64,000 bases of DNA from positions 1-64,000 of the forward strand of contig CALSCP010001993.1 in NCBI GenBank assembly GCA_943704425.1, in the 5' to 3' direction. The number at the start of each line of letters is the position of its first letter. The first letter of the stretch is position 1. The notes under the pieces are model-generated. The model had not been told where the DNA came from. It saw only the letters and a program-made list of their open reading frames with translations, and did not search any database. Positions 13,625 to 24,800 of the stretch are shown here, piece after piece. This DNA is from Ministeria vibrans ATCC 50519 (lineage: Eukaryota > Protista > Filasterea). The position numbers and the translations under genes are program-made.

Positions 13625-15400
13625 GAGATTGGTCGCCGGAGAGGGTGAGTGACGAGAGACTCGCGGAGATTGGGCAAGAGGCAAAGGGCTTGGAGGCAGG
13701 TGCGCTGCTTGAGAGGTTGCTGGAGCTGAAACTGGTGCGTGGAGCGCCTGATCGGAGTATTTTACCGGCACTGAGGTACCGCTTAGCAAGCAGACTTTCG
13801 CGTCGGAGCGTGTCGAGAGGGGAGACGATGCGATCGACCGACGGGGCACGACGATGCATCGACGTGACTGGAGGCGTGGCAGCGTTGGTCATCTCGTCAA
13901 AGCAGAGTGTGATTACACTACTTGAGACGGACCGTGACAATGACTGTGTCGAGAGGGTGGAGTCCGAGTCGATCGATGAGCGAGGGACCACGTCGCGAGG
14001 ACCAAAATTGGAACGCATGTAGCGAATGGAACGAGTCTCGACAAGGGACTTGGGCGAGGGTGTGTCCAAGAGGACGGGCGTGTCTCGGTTGTCGTTGGCG
14101 TTGGGGTTGAGGTTGTTGTTGCCGCTGTTGTTGTTGCCGCTGTTGTTGGCGTGGCCGAGTGTGTCAGGACCAGCGGAAGAAGTCGACTCGGTGTCGCTGT
14201 TATTCTTGGCAGTGTCGAGACTGAGACTGTTGAGGCTGTCGTGAGGCGACGTGTCCGCACTCTTTTCAGCCTCAACGAAAATAGAGTAGGAGACGTCGGC
14301 GGATGTGAGAACGAGGTCGTCGGGGAGCGAAGATTCACAGTAGTGCACAAAGAAGACGTCATGACTGGCGCCGACCGCACGAGACTCGATAAGGGAGATG
14401 TCGACGTCGACGTTATAGAGCCAGCCGACGGCGCGCGTGAGGCCCATCACATAGCTGCTGAGGCCGAGCCTGGACGCGCGACCGGGGATGTAGTGCAGCT
14501 GGAAGCTCGCAGGGGTCTCGTCGCTCACCCAAAAGCACGGAGGAAAGCCACCACTGGAAGAGGGCATTTGGCCGGCGTGAAGTTTGTTGAGCGTCGCAAA
14601 GAACGACACAAAGTCGCTGTCGAAGAAGTGGCGGACCGATTCCCAGACGCGCAACCCACGCAGGTAGACAATGACATGCTCGCCGAGGCGATCGAGAAAC
14701 TGGTCGAGGTCGAGCTTGAGAATGCCACACACTCGCTCGATGAGGCTATACGTGTCCTCGTCGCTGTACACATCGTCGATTGTATCTGGGAAAAAAAGAG
14801 GACACGTCAGAGAAGGTTTACGTCGTGACCGATTGCACGACAAGAAAGGCACGACGCGACCCGGGCGCTCGACCAGCGCGTCTCGCTATTGCGCCTGGCG
14901 GTAGGCGCGAACATGCGCTGGCCCTGGAAGACGCAATCATCGCCGAAAACTGAAAATGCCGTCTCCTTTCTTTTTTTTTTTTTTTCTCGCTTCTTTTGCA
15001 GTTGAAGCGATTGCGTTGGCAGACCACGCAAGAAAGCGCACAATACAGAAAACAGCACATATACTCCGGTGCAGGTTGGCGTCGGCAGCGATCCGCAAGG
15101 GAGGCGTCCAGCGAGCGGCGCGGGCTTCATCGACACCACGCCGGGGTACTAAAACACCGAAGGTGCACTTTCAAAGGGCCACGGCAGCAACGCGTGCGCT
15201 CGAGGGCGACCAGGTACACGTATACCACACGACGGTGCGTCGCAGCGGATCGAGAGAAGCCGCATAGGGTGGCAGAAGGGCCGAAACGTCAAACGCGGAA
15301 GGGCGCTCTCCTTACCAGCAAAGCCCAGCTCGTTCCACAGGTCTTCTCCATGGTGGACCACCACATAGTCTCGTACAGAGCTATGGATGATGCCCAGCAT
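9014..15400 (-). CDS. Hybrid sensor histidine kinase: H-NOX(HNOB) - HNOBA/PAS - coiled coil - HisKA - HATPase - degenerate receiver - receiver (~1,884 aa; exons 15316-15400, 9397-14785, 9199-9289, 9014-9103)
   Basis: H-NOX-like start MLGIIHSSVRDYVVVHHGEDLWNEL...YSDEDTY...LNKLH...PPCF...LHY. HNOBA-like FVSKAFPFHLTLD. H-box FLANVSHELRAPMNGIIG, N-box RIRQVLTNLISNALKFT, G1 SDSGMGI, G2 GTGLGLAIC. Receiver VLVVDDVTVNQ...IIFMDQQMPGISG...ALTG...FVSKP. GT-AG splice phases keep the frame (5,655 nt in total). Confidence 0.88.
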
Positions 15401-15873
15401 TTGGCGAAGGCGGGGAATAATAGTAGTAGGACTGACAACTCACAACTGTGGTCAGTGTTGAGTTTCAGCTGCGGTTTGACATCAAAATAATTATAAATAA
15501 AGAATCGAGAGCTGTACTCAATGTCAAAACAAGACTATATACAAAACAAAGATCACTAGAGCAGCACAATGCTTCCGTTGTGATGTACGCTGCGGAAAAT
15601 AAAGATTATTATTATTATTGTCGGGGGGATATTGCAATAATTGCATAATAATAAGAATAACAATAATTATACTAATACTAATAATACGTCTTATTAAAAT
15701 AATAATAGTAATAATAATAATACTACTACTACTAATAATAATAATAATAATACTATTCTTTTAACGTATTGTCACCTTAAAGAATAAATCTTGTTGAGGA
15801 CGAAATAAAAAGTTCAAAAAAAAAGTTATTTTGTATTCTCTCTCGCTCTCTTCGTTGGTCGTTTAGTGGTATC

Positions 15874-18800
15874 TCACTCCTTTTTCAACGCCGACACAAT
15901 TTTCTTTGCCAGGTTGTACAAGAAGGCGGCCACCTTCTTGATTCCCTCGAGAATCTGCTCACCCATTTGTTTGAGCGCTCGCGTGACTAGGCTCAGCACG
16001 TCGTACAAATTGATCTCGATGTTGAATCCAAAGCGAGCAAACACGGTCATGTCCAGTGCCGCCTTGACCCACATCGCGCCTGCCGCCGGATTAAAGTCCA
16101 ACTCAAACTTAAGCAGGTGCAGCTCAAAGTTGTTCTTCACAAACGTGACAAACTCCTCAATGACATTCAGGCCAAGATTGCCCACCGCCTGCGCCGCACC
16201 AACCACACCGTTGCAAAAGGCACTCGCGACGTCTCGCACGCCTCGATGCAGGAATGGCTCGACCAACTCGCTGTTAATGACCGCCGCTGCCGTCGAGTAC
16301 ACTGCTGCCCTGGTGCGTCCCTGCCCCCCGCTGGGACCGCACCACACGTGTCGCTGTTCGTGTCCACACAGCGCATGTGAAATACTAACGACAGTCGCAT
16401 CGCGTCGGCGATTCGTCGTCACACCGACCACGCTGCGCAAACACCGGTGATTGACGCATTCTAGTCCACTTGCACAGTTAACAGTCTTCAGACACGCTGC
16501 AGTCTCTCCGACTGTCCAACACACGCCGTTCACGCAGTGGTCCGATAGGCACTCTGCGTCGTGTTCACACACTGCGCCCACTGCCAGTGCCGACGCTGGG
16601 CACTCCGCGACACAGGCTGTGTTCTGACACTTGTGCGAGCACCGCGATGCATCGGACCAAAGCGCACATTGAGAGTCGTAGTGACAAGTCTCAATCTCAA
16701 ACGGAAGAATTGCCTCACAGCTACCCTTCCCATAGTTTCCAGCCACGCATTGATCCGACGTGCAGGAAGACGCGCGTAAACCATCGCAGGGCGCACCCCG
16801 TGGCAGACGACAGTACGAAGAGATGCACTCGAGGCCGCCACAGTCAGCCGACGACGCACACCACTCTCCAACGCGCGCGCTCATACTGCTACACTCCGCT
16901 CTGACAGGATCGCACGAGTGAGTAAGACACATCCACCGCGAGCACACACCCATGGGCGCCAACACTTGCCGCAATCGCGCCTGTGACGCAATGGGCGCGT
17001 ACACTGGGTTGTTCCATTCGCAGACGCCGCTCGCTCGATGGCAATGGTAGTATACCTCTTCGATTTTGCACTGTCTCGAGGTTTCGCAAGGCGACTCGCC
17101 GAGCAAATTCACCCGCAATGTGCCTCCCGACTTCACACATCGCGTACTCCTTGCGGATTCCTGCAAGAAGTACACACTCGCGCACTGATATCCTTTTGGA
17201 CATTCTGCTTTGAGCACACATGGCTGACCAGGACCCGTCCTGCATTCGCGCGCGTCCACATCACAATGTCCCGACACGCAATCCGCTCCGTCGGCACATA
17301 CACCATGCACTGGTGCGCCCACACACATCCCGCCTTTGCACACGCCCGACCGACACCCGACAGCACGACGACATGACTCGCCAACGTGAGCGCGCTGGGG
17401 TACACACATGCGATGGCGGCAATACCCCGAGCCACAGTCCTTATCCTCCGCACACACATCTCCATCCATGCGCATTTCGCACTTGCCGTCGCGACACCGC
17501 AATGACGCACATTGTGCATCAATTTGGCACGCTTCCGTAGCACCTCGAGGGGACCCATTGTAAGAAATGATCTTCCGACATGTACCGTAATAGCAGTCAG
17601 CCTCATAGCCGTCGGCGACACAGTCTGACCTGGTGCTACAGGTCGTTTGGCAGACTTGGCTGTTACATTTTCCGGAAGCACAGTCGTACCCGAGGTCACA
17701 TCGTTGTCCTCCCGCACGCAGACATTTCCCCGCAGTGCAAGACATATACTTGCCACACTCAGCATCACTTGTACACGACGATCGCAGTTTGTTCACGGCA
17801 CTGCACCGGCCAGTCTCCCGATCACAGGTGGAGCTGGCGCACTGTAGTGGCAAGCATAGCCCCACACTCTCCATGTACTTACGAAGCGCCACCTGGGCTT
17901 GATTGCCACTGAGCAGTGACACTGGCTCACGCCATCGACAGTACCCATCGTCGTTGCCACATCGAAAGTTGCCAATCCCCGGCAGGGAACAGGAACTCGA
18001 CGACGAACACGTGGTGGGAAAAGGTCCGACGACTGTGCCACCTGCGCCGCACTTTCCTCCATAACAGTGATCGTTCCAACACTCACCATCATCGGTACAC
18101 GGTGCACCAGTGAGCTGTCGACACGTAGTGCCACCTTTGCAGAGAGGCGCGTCCCACGAACACTCGGTGTTGTCGGCACATTGCTCACCCACATTGGCGT
18201 AGTCACACGCACCGGCACGACAGCGCCCCGAAGCACACTCGGCATTGCGGGCGCACACCTGCAACGGCTTCAGCCGCACCGGACCACATCGATAGTCAGT
18301 GCAAACGGCAGTAGCGCAGTTTGGTGCCATGGTACAGAAGCCACCCACGTCGCGCACTTGGCACACGCCTCGAGCACAAATGCCGCTTGTGCACTGTTCA
18401 TCAATCTCGCACGACTCGCCACGCTGCTTCTTCGCCGTACACGTGTAGCCCGAACAGCCCGGGGTGTTGTACGCGCATACACCGCCAGTGCAGCCGGACA
18501 CCGTGGGACAGCTATCTCCACCTGTACAGCTCCGTGCCCCCTTTGGCATAGTGCCACAGCAACTATGAGACGAAGAGCCAATGTAACAATTGTTGCCGTA
18601 GCACGACCGACCACCGCTACACTGCGACGACGAGCTGCAAGGACGCCCAGACTGCAACAAACATTTGCCACTGCTGCATTCAAGGTCACTGTGAAGCCCG
18701 CAGTCGGCATTGCTCGCACACGTCGCGCCCAATTTACTACTCTTGGCACATTGCGTCCCGTCGCACGCGTGCGTTGCACACATCCAGGGTGAACATACCC

Positions 18801-21800
18801 CCAGCTCGCTCAGGTGCTTCGACAGTGGGCTCTGCGATTCTCTTGCCGCAAACACCGGTTCGTCCCATCGGCAAAAGCGGTACACAGGGTCACACTTGAA
18901 CATTACGTTGAGCACGGTTGACTTCTGACAGTCGAATGCTGAATCACACCGGCATGAGCCCATCACATTGAAATGGTTGCATTCTTTCTTGGCGCATATC
19001 TTGAGCGAAATTGACATGCCTGGGAATGATGATGAGGCACACTCGCGCGTGGAACCCCACGACAACAAATCACACTCCTTGGAGCTTGAACACTGTTCGC
19101 CCAAAGCCTTCTTGCAGGTCCCGCCAGCGCAAAAGTTCGACACGCAGTCGCCATGTGCTGAGCAGCGAGCATTGTACTCTCTTCCTGCGCACCTTTCGTC
19201 CGTGCACATACCCGACGAACACTGGGCGTTGTACTGGCAGCGTGAGCCTCGGGGCTGCTTGGCACTACAAGAGGAGGCATGGCAATTGCCATTAATGCAG
19301 ACAAAGTTGCAGCCAAGAGAACCCGATGGAGAGCACTGATCGCTAGAGGTACACGGTGCGCCTACCACGTCGCACTGTTGTACCGAGTGGAAAGTTGTCG
19401 AGTGTGGCAATTGAAACAAGGCGCCGTACTTAACCTTGAATTCGTACTTTGAGCGCGTCACGCAGTAGCCGCCGCCGGGACACTGATCGTCGTTGCGACA
19501 GGAATTTCCACCAGAATACACACAAAGACCATCGACGGAGCAGGACCAGCCAGTGCCACAGGACCGGTCTGTGCTGCACACCGAGTCAGCTTGTCCGTTC
19601 GTCGGTCCGCATCGTTTTGACACCAAACACTTTCCCGACTCACACTGGGCATCGAATGCGCATGCGTGACCCGCCAACTTCAGCAGCGAGCTCGGACAAT
19701 AGGCAGCGCGATCCTTGTAGCAGAATAGGTGTGTCGCGTCACACTCCATTGCACATCCTTCTACCAGTGGACAGTCAGCGCTCGAGCGACATTCACATTC
19801 ACCACGAATGTTCACTCGGGAGTTTGGGCACGACAGGGACTTCAGCGAGCATCGTTTGTCTGGCGAACCGTCGGGTAGCTTTGCGTTCACCTGGCGACAG
19901 GAATATTTACTGCCACAATCACCGTCCGTCTGGCACCACGACCCGGCACCACCAACGCAAACAAATTCAATCGGACTGCACGCTTTGCTAGCGCAGTTGG
20001 CATCCCACGCGCACCGCAATCCCTTAGCCAGGGACACACAGACAGAGTTCACGCACAGGTCCGACTGACAGTGGCTGTTGGTGCGACACTTACTCCCGTC
20101 AGCCAGCAGCGCCAGCTGGATACTACATGGTCCGGTCGTCTCATGTCGATGACAAATGCCCGACGCTGTGTCACACGTACGCGCACAGGCCGTATCGAAG
20201 CCAGCGGTGCACGAAGGGGAGTAAATGCTACAGGCAGGTCGTCCGTAAACATTGAAGACTCCACGCGCCTCTTTCAGCGCACACACTCGTGGGCGCGTAC
20301 CATGGAAACCCGCTCGACCAGCCGACGCCTGTGCACACTCGGCCGTGCTACTGCACTCCATGCTATCACCACACTGCTCTCCCAATGCTCGCTTGCACGT
20401 CATGCTGTGCAAATCACACTGGTCGCTGTAGCAGTTTTGATGCGCCACACACTTGGAGCCAAATACACGCGCGACGCACAGGCCGCCCTCGCACAAACGT
20501 GATTCGCATTGGAGGTCCACACTGCATGCGTCACCAAGTGTGCCGACCGTTTCACAGGCAGTCACCTCGCACACTCCACTTGCATAGCGGCAACGGCGAG
20601 TGCAACCATCAACAAGTGACAGAGCGTGACAGATGGCATCACTACACACCGGTGTCCAGCTCACAGGTGAATACACGGCCCACTGGGTAGCGCACACCTG
20701 TACAGACACGGATTCATAGCCATAGTCGGCATAGCGAAGCAGTGCGCTTGAGCAACTGGCACCCGGCACTTGATACACGCAATCTCCGTCGTTGCGACAC
20801 ACATTGCCTTGACCCGGCTGGCACACTCCGTTGCTGGCACACACACTGCCTCTTCCACAGTCCTCTTGCGACGTGCACGCCCGATCCCGTGCAAAGCCCG
20901 GCACCGCGCATTGACCCGAATGACAGAAACCAGACCAGCACTGTGCGTGCGCTCGACACAACGCGCCCGTGTCACGCATCGCCGACGGCTCACAATGGTT
21001 GATTGCACCGCACGTGCCAAAGACGCTATCACAGCGCGTGTCGCAACCTTCAAGCTTTGGACAATCTTTGTCCGTCCCACAGGCACACGTGCCCTTGTAG
21101 GTGTGCTTGTTGACACAGTCGTTTGCAGCGCACATGGTTGGCAGCTGGTTTTGTTGAGACAGGTCGAAGCCCATGACTGCCAAAAAAGAGCACTTTGCTG
21201 TGCTCTTGGAGCAGTCGGCATCACTGGAACACGCCGATCCAAGCGACAAAACACACTTGCGAGTGGCAGAGTTGCACTCGCCGGAGGTACACTGATTGTC
21301 GGCCGTGCAATGATGTCCGTCGGGTACGTTGCCGGCCAAGTGAAGGCAGTAGCCAAATCGGTCACGAGTGTCGTCGTTGGAGAAGCATAATTGCGCACAA
21401 CGCTGATTCAGACAGGTCGCCTCACGTTCACACAGAGTCCATTTGCCGTCGCATGACTGGCCAATGTTGCGCAAGCGTGTAGGACGCGTGGTTGTCATCA
21501 GTGTGTCGACATGCTGCGTGAGCAAGGGCCATGTAAACACGGTCATGTGGACGCTGCGGCCATTCCCATTCGCCACCAGCTTGGGCAGGACAATGACGGT
21601 TGTCTGCCAGCCAATAGTCGCTTCGCCAGAAGCAACGCCGTCAAAGAAAAAGCTCACCTCACCAAGGTTGTAGTCCACAGAGATCGCCAAGTGCAAAATG
21701 GTGGTGTCGCTCGACGTGCCACCGTTGTTGAAGGGTGACGCACTCGAATCTGACATAACCAGCGCATGCTCAGTCGCCACGCCCGCTCGCACACGGCCCA

Positions 21801-24800
21801 ATTGCGCATATACTCGTCCGTCACAGTCGTAGTACACGGAGACAGTCTCGCGCTCACTTCCTGTCGTTTCCACGTAAAACACGTGTTGCAATTCGGGAGT
21901 TTGACAGTCGCGCATCTCCACCCATGCGGCGATAGAGAGATCCGCCGGAGAGTCCACCACTGTTGCGAGCGAAACCGATGCCGGTTGCGTTCGAGCATTC
22001 TTGAACACTGGCAGCGGCTTGGCCCGCGGCATGAACACTGCTGGTCCCCATTGAGCACCAGACGGCTCTCCCACATTCTCAACGATCGTGTGCCATTCAC
22101 ACGTGCCCTCGTATTGTACCTCAATCTTGTACGATGCTGTCCAGTCGACGGCACTTGACGTGCCTGGCGCTACACGACGCGTCCGGGCACCAAGTCCGGG
22201 CATATCAACATGCCACGGCAGCACCAACGACACGTCGCGATCAGCCGACTCCTCCTCGGGCACATCAACGTTTGGCACTCGATGCTCTGCACGTTTTCCT
22301 CGGTTCCCCCCGACATCGTAGGCGTTGAACAACTGACTTGGTTCTGCCTCATCGCAGACATTAAATATAAACATCCACCTAGCGCTATATACCACTGAGA
22401 GACACAATTGACTCTCGCGGTTCCGCAACATGAAAGGTCGACCCACGACGTAAGGCGACTTGACTGGCAGCACGTCAAAATGCTGCCGAGGGTTCGTCGT
22501 GGACGGAATTAAGGCGTACAATCTGGCGCCCGGCCGAGCGGGCTCGACATACTTCAGTGCCATATCCAACACTCCTGGCGCCACCGAAAGTGCAAAACCA
22601 GCCGATGCGCGCAACAGTCCTCCTTCCACGTGGGAGAAGGATGTCCGTTGCGATCGATGGTACAAGGTGAACGGATAGTGGAAGCTAATATGTTCGTCAT
22701 CCAGGCCCGAACATGCATCCACACCCACAGCATTGCCCATGACCTTGAGGCATTGGTGAGTTGCCGAGTTGCGCAACACGCCGCCGTATCCGCCCGGACG
22801 CGACGAAATGAGCTCCCAATGCGAGTTTGCGACAGTGGTCACGCGTGATAGACCCAGTGTGTATGTTGTGCCCGACTTGACAACATGCACAACTCGACCG
22901 TCAAACAGCGTCAGCTGTGCATTGGAAGTACTCTTGAATACTTTACAGGCCCCAACGCCCATTTCGAGAACGGCCGAGCCCGTGCCGGTACGCATGCACT
23001 TGTTGCCACGCACAAGATGATAATACGTTGCATAGCGCAATTCGAATTCAAGGGGGAGTACAGGTGGGTCCTGTTGCACTGCGGCGTCCACCAGCCGCCA
23101 GTCGGAGCCGTCGTCGTTACACGTGGGCAAAGTTGCCAGTTGATCGCCGCTGCCACTTAGGCATCGCAGGGTGCCGGCCACGGTCGTCTGCAAGGCGATG
23201 GTTCCGGGTCCACTTTGGGCCTTTCGGTCCAACACCGTCCAGGGTGTCGGGCAGACAGTCGCTTGCCACGACGCAGTCGTTTTTCTCGCACACAAGTACT
23301 GGCTCGTCGCGAGCGACTGAATTTGCCCACCGACAATATGTACGTGCTGTGCATTTCCTTGAAGTGGCCCCGCACACGCGTGCAACGTCCCGTCACTCGC
23401 CAGACATCGCGTCGCAAGAACATTTCGCATTGTCATGGCTGTCGGGGCGCTAGACAATGCAAATGAGGGAAACTGCGATGCGGCGCAATTGCTTCGCTGC
23501 ATCGTGCCTGTCGGATGCAGCGACAGGCATGTGTCGCCATGCTTCACGATCACCTGTTCGCTGCCGACACCCTCGGAACTGAGCGATGCCAGCGCCAGCA
23601 TGGGTCCCACAATCATTTTGTCATTGGTTGTCCGTGTAGTGCACTCCGCGACGTGGCCCGCACACGAGACACCATGCAACACTTGGATGGCCGAGGAGAG
23701 TGCAAAGTCGCTCACGTCTCCCTCGGCCCACGATGTCCGCAACTGAACGGACACACGGTAGTCGTGACCAGGGAACAGAACAGAATGCGACGACACGGCA
23801 CCAAAGCGAACACGGGTTATCTTGTGTAACTCCGCCAAGCTTGAAACAGACGCATGTGTTAACTGATGAGTGCCATGATGCAGACGCACAGTCACCGAAC
23901 CGCTCATTGAGTCCAAATCAAACACGCCTAGAGCTGTGAGTCGCATGACACGTCGTACACGAAACACAAAACCCACGGTTCGACTGGCACTGTTGCTGAC
24001 AACAAGTGACGAGGCAGGAGCCGCCAACAGCGCCGGTGAGCCGTGTCGGTGAGGCGAAGCAGCCAGTTTCCATCGCGTTGGGTTTGAGCCGCACGTTGAC
24101 AAACCAACGCTGGCGGTGCCTATCGCGTGCACACACTGGCCCGTGGCCACTTGAGCCAAGGCACCATTGCGCGTCAGTCGGAAGGTGCGCTCGGCAACCG
24201 GCAAGCACTGGCAAGCGCCAACACACTGAGCTTCGGTCGGGCCCGCACAAGGCTGAGCTGGTGGCGCAACCGTTGTGCGTGCGGGCACCTGTGCCAGGGC
24301 AAATGTGTCCTCGGTGTCCTCCATGGACCAGGCAGCAATTGAGCTCTGACACGACACAAACCCAAGGGAGAAGTGACCCAGAGCTGAGCCTGACACAACC
24401 GCGAGGCAGGAGCGCGCCCGGCTGTTGTGCAGTACAAAGTCATTGACGGAGCTGGGCGTACTCATGCTTCTGCGGAATTGCCATGACTGCTCTTGCGCCA
24501 GGGAATCTGAGCATGCAACCGCTCGCACAGCGCTGCTGGCGGCCACAAGGCACGACGCACCAACCACAAGTTGTTGCACGTCGCCTGAAACTAGCACATG
24601 TGCGTGCTGGGTACCCGCCCATCTCATACACGACTGGACTGTGAGAATGTGATTTATCACATCCAAACACAGTCCAAATTCATCGTGCTGCAGCGAGAAT
24701 ACCCGTCCGACCAATTGAGCACCCAACTGAAGCTGGGCCAGCTGTGGCCGACTGGGCAGCGTCATGATCAGTTGTGAAAAGTAACAGGGTCCGCTGAGAA

